Below are positions 14,143 to 25,720 of a DNA stretch of 42,206 bases, piece by piece. Position numbers and translations under genes: made by a program. The stretch is from Parasitella parasitica NRRL 2501 (lineage: Eukaryota; Fungi; Mucoromycota), in NCBI GenBank assembly GCA_025201805.1, contig MU619358.1, positions 1 through 42,206 of the forward strand, given 5' to 3'. Below the pieces are notes generated by a model. The model searched no databases and was not told the DNA's origin. It worked only from the letters and a program-made list of their open reading frames with translations. How positions within the stretch are numbered: position 1 is the stretch's first letter; each line of letters opens with the position of its first letter.

Positions 14143-14753
14143 CTAATCTTCCATTTCCATCTTTTCGACCTTTTCTTTCTCTGCTTTGATGGCTTGAATT
14201 TTCTTTTTTGATTCGAGAGGAGCCAATTCGATATTTTGATTGACTACACGGATGTCTTCCTTCTTCTCCTTGTCCTTGTTACCAGCCATACGGTTCTTGT
14301 AGAATGCACGTTCACGTTTAGCACGAATTTCTTGCACACGCTTCATAGCCATGATGGTAGTTGCCATCATATTGCGATCATATCTAACAGGCACATTTCG
14401 ACGTTTTTCAAATTCAAAAGTGGAATCCTAACCAAACAATATGAATCAGTGTCCATATCTTTTTGACTACATCCACTAAAATCTTCTCCATGGAAACTTA
14501 CAATGACCATTTCCTTTCCACTGGCCTTTCTAAAGGCCTTGGTCCATCGAACTTTCCGAGGATTACGCTTCATTTTGAAATTTTTATGACATTTGGATCT
14601 GCAAAAACGGAAAGTCTGGTAATGAGCTTGAGTTAATATCATTAGAATTAATGGTTAACTATAAAGTCTTACTTTGCTGTCATTACGAACAAACATGGTA
14701 CCATGACCAGGATAGCAAGGCCCTGAACAGAAATAACAGCGGGTAATGTGCAT
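14143..14753 (-). CDS. RLP24: Ribosome biogenesis protein Rlp24 (eL24 family), 3 exons
   Basis: [26 protein letters not shown] / [35 protein letters not shown] / [10 protein letters not shown]. Confidence 0.95.
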
Positions 14754-16324
14754 TTGAAGAGAGTGTGCTTAGTTATTGCGGTGAGAAAGACAGTTTGTTT
14801 ATGTCTGTATAAAAAAAATCTTGGGAATGAGCCACTGCAATATGCTTTGCTTGTGATGGCGTGACAGATAATACTCTCGCCTCTGTTATGCATTGTAATA
14901 ATGGTCTTCTCCTTGATTTTCTTGGAATAGACCTCGGCTGGATCTTTATATAGTTATTGCCTTGCTACAACAAAACATAACACACATGGCATCAAGGAGC
15001 TATAATAAGTTCATGAAATTGTTCGGGAGGAATGACTCAACGTGGAAACGTTTCTTTCGCCCTGTAGACACGTAAGATCAATTCATTATCAACGTATGGT
15101 GTATATTTATATAAAAAACCGGCAAATAAAGCCAAGATTTTCTTCATGTATACAACACAAACCGGCTTGCTTCAACCTTAAAAATTACTGCAATCTCGGG
15201 ATTTTCCGCTCACTTTAAAGCAGTGGCAGCATGCACAAAATTTTTAGATAGAACAGCATCATCGGTAGATGTGCAAGTGTCAATAATTTTTTATGTTTCG
15301 AAAGTATTACGATAGGGGGGGGGGGGACAATACAATTGAGCACATCTAAAGCATCTTTCACTTATGCCTTACCGCCTATGCTTATGAAACTTTGATTATG
15401 CTTGTGTTGTATTTATATATTTTTGAAAACTTATCAGCTTTTTTGATCGATGAAATATTAATTATGTTTTCGTCTTGGCCATATCTAAAAGATAGCTTTG
15501 GATTAGCAGATGTTACTTCTATTGATTCCCCTGATAGTATAGTATGATATTGCCTCAACTCCCCTATTTGGCTAGTTAGTTGTGCAGTACGTACGAACCC
15601 TGTTTTCCCGTAAGTCATGCTATTATCAGGAGAGGAAGGCTTGATCTAATAATTCGGTTGCCAAGTCGCAGCAAATAACCAATCGCTATACGTGTAAAAC
15701 GCTGATAATACAAGACGGTGGTATTAAAGAGTGATATCATTCGTAAAAAGTAGGTCCTTTGATTCAACAAACAAACAAAAAAGCAAACAAATAAACAACA
15801 CAACTGAAATAATGATTCACAGGATCTTCGTTGCTTTTAGCACATAATAATACAAAAAGCATGCTCATGTAAGAAGCAACCCCTGACACCAATACATCCA
15901 TGATCTATTCCTGTTTGATGTTGTGTAAACATATGTATTTTTTTTTCGACATAGAAAGTTTAACGGTACGTGTATATATATAAATTCATGATAGGGAGCT
16001 TTTTCATTTTTAATAATAACAAGCGATACTTAAACATTACCATGTCCTATATATACTTATATTTTAATACTTTAGACTTTTTCTTTCATAGTTGCATACA
16101 ATTTTATTAAATCGGCAGGCATAAGGATATTGACATCCGGGTCCTTTTTTCAATATCATTCTATTATATTGAGTTTGCTAGCATGTTTTTTACCGGAATT
16201 CCTGATCGCCTACATTATGTATAATAAATTTATATATATTGCAACTTGTTGTCTTGAGTACTTTTCTCTTTTCCTTTTCTCTCTCTCTCTCTCTTTCTTT
16301 GTTTTTTCTATTTTATACAAAAAA

Positions 16325-19300
16325 ATGAATGAAGCAGCACGTGTTATACTGACCAAGTTTACGCTGGTTGATCCGACTACATCAGCATTTTCAGCATATC
16401 AGCAGAGCGCAGAGGTATATGGAAAAGTTTGCACCTAGCAATCTAATCATTAAGTTAAATCTTTATTAGATTCGGCAACTTTGGAAACTCATTGAATCTT
16501 CGATTAGTACAATACTATCAGTAACATCAAACAAATTCTCAGTAACCGATCCCTTTGATGCTTCGTCACAGCTAATCAGTATTTTAAGTGCATCTACATT
16601 GCTATCATCCATACTGCATGCTATTATAGCAACCCAAAAACGCATACAAAAGTCGGATGACAATATTGAAAGCGTAATAAAAAAAGAGATGCAAGTGATA
16701 TTGTACCATATCCAAATACTGAAACAAGATTTAAATCAATCAATGATACGAGCAGAGGTACGGTGTATAGACTAAAGGAAAAAAAACTACTACAGCAACG
16801 ACCTCATATACACTAATCGTAATTGCGTTTACAGTCTGCTCAAGAAGCCATTATTTATCACACAGATATTTTAATAGACTCACTAGTAGCCTACACGCTG
16901 TCTCCATCTAATGCGCAATTTCAAGTGCACCCTTACAAAGGCATGTTATTTTCATTAATTACATACTATGGGCATAGAGAGGAAGAGGGAAAAGAAACCT
17001 TTGTCTATATTTCAGGAACAAAACATATGCACCTACATAAAAAGGGGGAAAGAGAGATTAGAACGAGCAGTGCAGCGCACAGAGACAAATTGTATTGAGC
17101 AGGACAACTAATTTCATTTTTCTTCTTTCAACACAGTTTTATCCTGCTCTTCTTCGATTTCAACTGTTTTTACACCCCACAACAAAAATCTACAGCCTTC
17201 TTCTTCGATAGCTAGTTTTTACAGGACTGAATATACTGCTCCATCGTTAGATGATATTTCTGAATCATCATCAAAGACATTAGTAGATTCCCATCAATAC
17301 AACCAATTCTCTAGTAAAAACACCACGACTTTCAAGTAAGCCATTTGTTTCTATGTCTGTACCATACGTATCACTCATGTATTTAATTCTTGATAGGGAC
17401 ATAGTACACACAGACACAGGCAAGTGCATAGATCACACACATTTCAATGTAATGTGTGCTTATTTCTTTATTCATTTTATATATTAGTCGGCAAAAAATT
17501 CATGCGAAGCATTCACTCTCTCAAGGCTCGTCCATCATTCCCCATGACCCTCCTGCCGCATCGGCAAACGGTAGTACCGATGGATCCCGAGCAACCGCCG
17601 AAAAAGAAGCGCATATTTTATGATCGAATCAACGAAGAAGATTCGTACCACAGCGACGAAAGTCTGTGGGACGACACTAGTTCCAACTATTCATCTACAG
17701 CTGGCTCTACCGTCGTTAATGAAGCTGCAAACACGAGCAGCAACACGGCAACAATACGATCACTGTTTGCTACCAGCAACACATCTACTGCGAACAAATC
17801 ATCCAAAAGAGCCTCCAAAGGTCTAAGAGAGTTGTTTCAGTCGTCGTCTCATCTCAAAGGTCAAGCACAGCATGCAACGAAAAAGAAGCGAGAAAGCATC
17901 AGTGCGCTATTTACTAGCAACACTAACAAAAAACAGGTAAAAAGTCACTTGAGCGTGTGTGTGGGTGCATACATATCACATCACTACCATAGCTAACAAA
18001 TCCATTAAACTCCTTAAATATCCTATTCTGTAATAGTCATCAACGAAAGATGCGGAAAACCAACAAATCCAGGGCTCTCTTTACTCTTCCTCATCTACAG
18101 CTACATCCATCTCAACCTGTTCGACAGAAAGTATGAGCCAGCATTTCGAATCTGTGCCAATGGGCCCAGATATGGATGATAAACAGGACGCTCGACCCCA
18201 TTTAATACCTCCTTTTGCTAAAAAGATCAACATCCAGTGGTCAATGGAGGAGGAGGATGTGTCCAAAAATTGGAAGAGTCAACGAGAACTATACAGAGTA
18301 GAGTCCATTCATCAGCAAGAGCAGGAGGACGACGAAGAGGATGACAGCGAAGAGTTGCACGCATTGAAGCAAGAAAAGAGCAGAAAAAGAAGGAGCAATG
18401 GATCTCTTGTGCCTTTGCCTGTGAAGGCATTGCTATCAGAGCCAATGACAAGAGAAAACTCTCCATTGCCTCCCTTGCCTACAGTGGAGAATTTCTTGAC
18501 AATTATGAATGCGCCTACTTCGCCAGACTCTTCTTATTTTTCTGCGCGATCTATATCGTCAAATTCATCTTCACAGTCGACTTTAAACTCCATCCTTTTG
18601 GACGACGTTACTGAGGGATTAGCGAGCACACATATCATGGAGTCATGTCTTTCATCAGATACCCAAACTAGCAGTGAAGCAAATAGTATGGAGCCATCAA
18701 CCCAGTCCTCTTCCTCATCGCCTCCACCAGTTCCTCCCAAGGACCGCGAACTACAACACATGCTGATATTGGATCCTCAAGACAGCTCGACCATAAACAT
18801 AAAAAAAAAGCAAGAAAAAAGGAGTGGTGCCAACATGAATCCAGAACCACTAAAAAGGACCCATAGCACCAAAAAGAAAAAGACCAAATCGATCACAGAG
18901 ATGAGAGTTACCACAAGTGGCATTTCTAATGACCACCATGCAATCTTTGCACCCAAATCAGCCGATACGGCATCTTCCTTCAGACCTCCTATTCCGCCTC
19001 GTCGAAGCAGCATGCCTTTACCGCCCCCAAAGGTCAGCTCAAATGACACAGTGCCTCCACTGCCGACAGATGCAAAGAAAAAGGCCGATGCATACAATAG
19101 AAGACCGTCTATGGCTATATTGGACGATGCTAACTCTTGGACCTCATTTCTAGGTCTAAAAAAAGAAGATGCGGCAACCAATAATGCAAGTATTTGATGT
19201 TAACAAACATATATGCATATGTATTAAAAAAACATACACATTTCAAATCATATAGACGGTAAAGCGAGCCAAATTGGGAAGATCGTTAGGTACAGATGAA

Positions 19301-20965
19301 TCTGGAATAAACAGAGATTTACCATGTACTTATACATTGCATTACGTAGGGGCAACGCCAAAAAAACCAAAGAAAACCGACAGCAACAACCTGCTTAAAG
19401 TAACTGAAAATGGACAAGTAGTCCTGCTGTATGAAATGGTGCATGGGAAACTCCAGGTCATTGCCGGAACATCAGATAGGCTCTTTGAAAAGCTGGCTGA
19501 CGAAGCAGCACAGGATATGGAATACGTGGACACCTATCTAATGAATTACTCCAGCTTCACCACACCCATCAGCCTACTTAATCAATTGATAGGTCGATTT
19601 CATCTCGGTCCTTTGCCTGGCGAGTACGAATATTTCAAGAAATGGCAGCATTCGATTCAGTCCAAAGTGCTGACTGTCATCGATCGCTGGATTATACTGC
19701 AATATCAGGACTTCAAATACGACTTGGATTTGCAGAAAAAACTAAATCTGTTTCTATTCAACAACGACACTGTATTATTACAACAATTTAAGCAACAAGT
19801 AGAAAAGATCCAGTACAATCTGAAAGTCCAGATACAACAGTTTTCAAATCACCAGCATCATGTATCAATGATCACTTCGAGCAGTAACGTCTCGGCTCCA
19901 CCTTCAAATGCGTTCAACTTCCACTTTCCATTTGGCAGCAACAGCAATTCGCTGCCCCCTGTACATACAAATAACGCCAGTGCTCGCAGACCTTCCAATA
20001 GTGTAATTTCAGAATTGCCAACAAAAATTCACGATTCTAGTCCAATCAAAACTACTCTCCACACATCACTTGTATCGCTCGAGTCCAGAGACATTGCTCG
20101 TTATTTGACGCTGGCTGATTTCTATTTATTTAAATCAATCCAATCTCGCGAGCTGCTGAGTAACAATAGTAGTAACAAGAGCGACATAAATTATACTGAA
20201 TTAATGACGAAAAGAGCTAATATGGTATGTTGTACATGTTTATATGCATCTTTTAAATGCTAACTATGTTGTAGCTGAGCCATTGGGTTGTACATGAAAT
20301 CTGCAGTATCTCGTACCTGAAGCCAAAGCGAAGTTTATTGAAAAAGTTTATTGAAATTGCCAAGGTTTGTACAAGTCTACAAGTGCATGTATATGTATCT
20401 GTTTTGTATTAACCAAGGTTTTGTCAATTTTATCATATAGCTCTGCTTGGAGTTCAACAACTTTCATACATGTATGGTGATTACTATGGGGCTTGCCAGC
20501 GCACCCAAACTCAAAGAGGTGTGGGAAACACTATCGAACCGAGATACCAACACCTTTACATCACTACAAAAACTAATGGACGTCAGTATGAACATGCGTT
20601 ACTATCGACAGAAAATACAATTAGCTAAAGCACCATCTATACCATTCTTACCTGTGGTGCTCAAAGACCAAACGTTTTTTCGAGAAAACTCGACATTTCT
20701 CATCTCCCATCCTCACCTCATCAATTTTGCAAAGTTTACGTCGATACGACAATTTGTAGATAAAACCAAAGCACTGACAAAAGAGAATTACTATTTTGCG
20801 AATGATTTGACTCGATATCCGTTCTTTCCCATTAGCACGACTACAACAACTACAGTGCAAGCTCAGCAAGAAGGCTCCTTGGATTGCATTGCGGATTGGG
20901 TCGAAAACAGATTGAGCCAAGTCCAATCTTGTTATCTTCACTGTGATTTATTGTCTAAATTATAA
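16325..20965 (+). CDS. Ras guanine-nucleotide exchange factor (REM + Cdc25 domains) with long low-complexity N-terminal half, multi-exon
   Basis: REM-like IAGTSDRLFEKLA...YVDTYLMNYSSFTTP; Cdc25-like DIARYLTLADF.LFKSI, LSHWVVHEI, KKFIEIAK, FNNFHTCMVITMGL, PSIPFLPVVLKD, LINFAKF. Joining the upstream exons into one gene is inferred. Confidence 0.8.
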
Positions 20966-21000
20966 TATGTATACATATATATATTTTTTTACATATATAT

Positions 21001-21387
21001 TCATTCATTTCCAAATGTGTGTGGATCTCCTTTTCTTAATTTGCATTTTGTGCTCGGTAAAAGATAGCTGATAGTTTTGTTGCTACAGCTTCGTTTGGAG
21101 TGTGCTTCATTGATATTGTCTTGTTTAGCTTTGGGTATATTTTCTCGCTGTGTTTTCGCTGCATCAAATGTGCGTTTCTTTGGAGTAATCACTTTTCTTT
21201 TCAGTTTGGATTTTTTTACCTTATCCATGCGTAACTGAATGTTCTCTTGCTGTAGTTGTGTTACCACACTTTCCAGCATCGATATCCTTTCGTTAAGCCG
21301 TATATTTGTTTTGATAATGTCCACATTTTGCTCATGGTATTTTGTCAGTAGGCTAGATCCTGTCGTTGGTATATTCATTTTGCTCAT
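21001..21387 (-). CDS. SGO1: Shugoshin (very compact, 128 aa)
   Basis: N-terminal coiled coil QNVDIIKTN..L..RIS.LE.....LQQENIQLR and C-terminal basic SGO motif KRS....ISYLLPSTKCKLRKGDP.TF. Confidence 0.75.
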   Translation of the reverse strand: MSKMNIPTTGSSLLTKYHEQNVDIIKTNIRLNERISMLESVVTQLQQENIQLRMDKVKKSKLKRKVITPKKRTFDAAKTQRENIPKAKQDNINEAHSKRSCSNKTISYLLPSTKCKLRKGDPHTFGNE

Positions 21388-21643
21388 GTAAAAAGAGGAA
21401 CAGAGAGAGAGAGAGAGAAAAAGATAATATCGGCGCTTCTAGGGCAGTCTATACATCGAAAAGCTTGATTGGTGTGCTCTTTCCCTCTTTGAGCACTTGA
21501 GTATATAAGTTTCGTGTAATCATGGTGCAACCTCATCCCTTCTTCTCTCTCTTCTCCTCTTTTTATTTTTATTTTTATTTTTTTATTCTTTATTTTTTAC
21601 TATTAATACCCTCTCATTTCTGCTTTGCTGAGCAACGGGAAAG

Positions 21644-22926
21644 ATGCAGCAGCCTGTAAACGCCAATAAATACATTAGATATGGGCTAGTAGTTGGTGTG
21701 CTATTCACAATCTTGTTTGTCTATCAAATCGAATTCAGTAATCCTGTACTGAAAACCAACAAAACCTCGGCTGATTACTTGATGAATGATCAGACACAAC
21801 AGCAACATCATTTCCAGAACATAACGGAAATGTCACCGAGAAACAGCTCTGTTGACGCTTTATGCAATTGTCCAGCTCTTTTATCCAATGTCTCGTTTGT
21901 TCGACATGGCGAAAATTTGCCCATACTAGTGCCTGAAGATCTCTCTGTGATGCAGCTGGATGTGCTGGATAAATTGGAGCTTAATAAGCACAGTGACAGC
22001 ACTGTTGTAGTTACTGTAGCTGGCTATGGTATGCGACAAGAATTATACAACTGGATCCATTACATGCAGACAGTCAAAGAAAAAAAATACGTTGTGTTTT
22101 GCACAGATGCCAAATTATACATGCATCTAATTGTGGCTGGACATGAAGAGAGAGCAGCATTAATACCCGAAGATTGGTTCATTCATAGTCTGGACTTATT
22201 TCGAGACACAAAGCTATCCATTTTGGACGATGACCCCCGCTTATCTCATGTGAAAACCTGGATTTTGCAAAGATTGGTCTATTCATCTATCAATGCTTTA
22301 ATGCTCGATGTTAATCAATTCATGGTACACAGACGCACGAGAGAATACATACAGACTCTATTGCATATACGAGGAGATACTCAAATCATTGCTACACAAG
22401 ATGGCTTAGATCAGCGCACAATAAACACAGGATTGCTGCTGATTCGCGGTAATGCACCGGCAGCTAAACGAATCTTGGCCAATACTCTCCAGATCCAAGA
22501 ACAGCAGCCCAGCCTGAATCAGCAGGAAGCATTCAATCAGGCAATGGATCAGATGGAGCTCCATGTAAAGACTGGAATGACGGTATTACTAGACATTATC
22601 CATTTTCCAAACGGTCTCAATTACTTTGAACATAATCTTCCTGGATCCAAAGGTATTAAGCCTTATATTATTCACGCAAATCATAAGGTATAGTTTACAT
22701 ATATAGACTTGATACATGATGAAAGATGTCAACTATTATGCACAACTTGTAGTTTGGCCAAGAAAGAAGAGACTTGCTGAAAGAGAGTGGCTTTTGGAAA
22801 GTGAGTGAAGATTATGTGGATGGAGTCAGTCGTCAAGTAGAAGAAATTCTAAAGCGAACGAACCAGTTGACAGGACAAGACGACTTTCAAAAAGCAGAGC
22901 CACCAGAGGAAGCCCTCCATAAATAA
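21644..22926 (+). CDS. Type II membrane nucleotide-diphospho-sugar transferase (GT77/PF03407-like), 2 exons
   Basis: N-terminal TM helix; LMLDVN (DXD-like), INTGLLLIR, NQQEAFN, FPNG..YF and IIHAN motifs; second exon ends LLKESGFW...EALHK*. Confidence 0.75.
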
Positions 22927-23329
22927 AACCTAACACTGCTTTGCCATTTTGGGTTCCTGAATTTATGATATGTTTGCTAGTTTTTATATGAAATAATGTG
23001 TGCGTGTCCATCTTGGGATTATTCATAGTATTGTTTTGCCGCATTATCAATTCGTTTTTATAGTAACAATGCTTTCAATTGCACAATTTTCATCTTGGGC
23101 AGATTTATCAGCTGAAGAGTCTTTATTCTTGTGCATCTATACTTTTGTTTTTGCTGTTTATGATGATTAAAATTCATAATGACTTATATCTCATGTTAGA
23201 TAAACACCCATACATATAATTGGACCTGATCTGTATAATACAGCTTGCTCCTTCGTGGCTGAAAACCCTTTAAAAACATATCCTTCCATGTTCAAAAAGA
23301 CGGAAATTTCTTGCATGATGGGTATTTGT

Positions 23330-23570
23330 TGTTGTTGACCTCTTCTTGATAAAACAGGGCTGGAATAAAGATTAGAGCCTTGCCCAACGTATTTTGTTAA
23401 AATACTCCTTATGTTTGCAAAAGCATTGACATCCCTATTCTAGTACATTGAATAGGTAAAACACGCTACACCAATAGAATGAATATGACTTCTGAGTTTT
23501 TCTTCGATTTTGTCTCTCATAATCGAGTCCAGTTCTCTCAGAATATACTTACTATAGATATTGTAATATT
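23330..23570 (-). pseudogene. Highly decayed Fanzor/TnpB C-terminal relic
   Basis: Minus strand reads NIYSKYILRELD...HIHSIGVACFTYSMY*NRDVNAFANIRSIL, matching (I)CxxC...IHSxLxCxxC..WNRDVNAxxNI with Cys->Tyr and Trp->stop substitutions. Confidence 0.6.
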
Positions 23571-24439
23571 GGGCGATCAATTGTTGTATAACAATGATTT
23601 GTGAGAGCATTGAAGTGACAGATCGATTTGATAGATTGTGCTAACAGTATTGTCATTTTCGTTTGTCGTTACTGCGTGCGTCTGCAGAACAGTGTAATTG
23701 TTGTCTTGAAACTTCAGTACAAAGAAATTCAGTTGCTTATTGCTTGGACCTGACAGATTTTTCATGCAACTGTGGTATCTTTCGAGTCCGTATTTGTAAT
23801 TTGCATTAATGTTGCTTTATCATTGTACCTTGTACGGTTTGTAAGGGAAAAGGACCGTTTTCTACTTGTAATTAGATTTTTGATGTTATACTTAGAGAAC
23901 GAGAAGTGGGCTCTTGTGGAAGCTGTGTATCAGAAGGAGCAGAGTGTTTCTATCTTACTTTCCTAGTTCATTTATTATAGCAATCAATGTCAGTAGGTGT
24001 AACACCGTCAAAATCTCTGTTGTCGTACCTCTGTCTATTTAGGGTCTATTATCGTTCCTTTGGTGCCTTTATTTCTGCTTGATGTCGCTAGCGACTCTTC
24101 GTCCACTCCATCAATATACCTGGCCAGTCCACTGCCCTCTTGTCATTCCTGCTTAACTGCTTCACCCGTATGATGATGATGATTTTGAAGGGGCTTTATA
24201 TAGAAATATACCGATCCATTAGATATGCCAAGAGTGTTTTCGCTTGTGTCTACTTCTAACTTGCGCCGGAAGTACATATCTATCAACTGTAAATCCTTTG
24301 CTACTATTGTAAAGACAAAATCTGGTACAACATATGAAAATAAGAGACTAAGTTTGCACAAGCGATACTCTTTGTAAAAAATACTAGTATACGATATCTA
24401 CTTGTACACTTGCCTCGTCTATTCCAGCTTTGCAGCTAT

Positions 24440-25135
24440 CAACCTGCGCCTTTTTGATTCAATGAATACCAAGGAAGACAGAGAACCGATGATAAAACGG
24501 TAATTATACTTAACAATGGGATAAAAAGTACAAAAAGATGAAAAGAAAGAACATTAAAAAGAACAGAAAGCAGCAAAAGAAAAAGCATAAATTCAGGACA
24601 ATAACAAAAGATAAAGGGTTTGTTCAACTAAAACAGGGCACATGTATTAACAGTGTGATCTAGCGCTTTGGTAAAACTAATAAAACCTGGCAAAGTGGCT
24701 GAACAAGGGTACATTCAAAAATTCAGATGCCATGCCTCTCATTGTTTTTGGTGATGCTATGAAAAATAAAGATACGGTAGCAATCAAGGACCACGCTTCT
24801 GGTGTCACTGGAGTGCTTCAAAGAGTGTCTCAACTGAGGTCGAGAACCTGTGGGTCTTTGGTAGTAGATATCAGAATTGTTACTATATTTCAAATTTGAA
24901 GAAGTTTCTATTCCCAACATTTCGGTGTGCAACGGCTGCAAAAACAAAGAGCTAAAGCCGATAGAACTGCCCAAACAGAAACATTTTCAAGGTATATTAG
25001 TTTGCAAACTCTGCCATATACTTTGGGATCCAGATATAAAATGCCTGAAAAAACATACTTTCGGTTTGGGAGGGAAGACCTTTGGTCTCCAAAAGAGAAA
25101 TCGCGGTGGAGAGGGTTTTGTTCACTTCATCCTAA
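24440..25135 (+). pseudogene. Decayed Fanzor1 relic (RuvC/zinc-finger half)
   Basis: Fragments FNEYQGRQRTDDKTVIILNNG..KKYKK.KRKN.KKNRK, PLIVFGDAMKNKDTVAIKDHASGVTGVL, VCNGC, GILVCKLCHILWDPD and VWEGRPLV across several frames. Confidence 0.75.
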
Positions 25136-25537
25136 AAAAAAAATTCCACTTGTCTCAATCTCAAATTTAAAAATAAATCGTTTTGGACCAAAATTCTGAA
25201 AAAAAGGAAAAGCAGACAGATCCATCATATAATCATTTGCATGGCCTTAAATGATAATATATGCAATCTCTACAAGCTATTTTTCATATTATGCATTCAA
25301 TAGATATAGGGGTAGGAAATCCCTCCTTTGGCAGATTTGAACCTGTCACTACAAGAAACAAACATATTTGTGGGATCGAATGCTAGGTTTCAATTGATAT
25401 ATAATTAGATTATTCTTACACAAAATCCAATAGTTATTGGCGCGCAATTCAATTAAATTTCCACCATGGCTCGCAACAAGTCAGTAATGGCATAATATTG
25501 ACGCGTGTTATATGTGTATAATGGTTTCATACATTAA

Positions 25538-25558
25538 GAGCATCTCCAACGGAGGTGC
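25538..25558 (+). repeat. Terminal inverted repeat (Fanzor 3' end)
   Basis: GAGCATCTCCAACGGAGGTGC preceded by TAA. Confidence 0.9.
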
Positions 25559-25720
25559 TAATTTTAAAAGAAAATTGGTGAGAGGGTGATACTTTCTTTT
25601 TTTTTTGGACAATTTTACTCACCTTTAATGGTGTATAGGATAAACCGAATACCCATGGTGTATCAAAGAGTAATATCAATGACACACAATGCTTGCAATT
25701 ATTCTTTTGATTCAGAACGC
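25538..25720 (-). ncRNA. Candidate Fanzor omega-RNA scaffold
   Basis: Lies between the Fanzor stop codon and the element end, where Fanzor/TnpB guide scaffolds are encoded. Nested stems (UUACUC/GAGUAA, UUUGAU/AUUAAA, AUGGG/CCUAU) use G-U pairs that form only on the minus strand. Boundaries approximate. Confidence 0.5.

Noticed and set aside
14900-16300. Short ORFs, poly-G and CT repeats between RLP24 and the RasGEF
   Set aside because: No motifs or consistent exon structure; ordinary intergenic DNA.
25175-25210. Weak reverse similarity (tttttcagaattttg) to the 11.9/41.7 kb repeat
   Set aside because: Too short and AT-rich to support.
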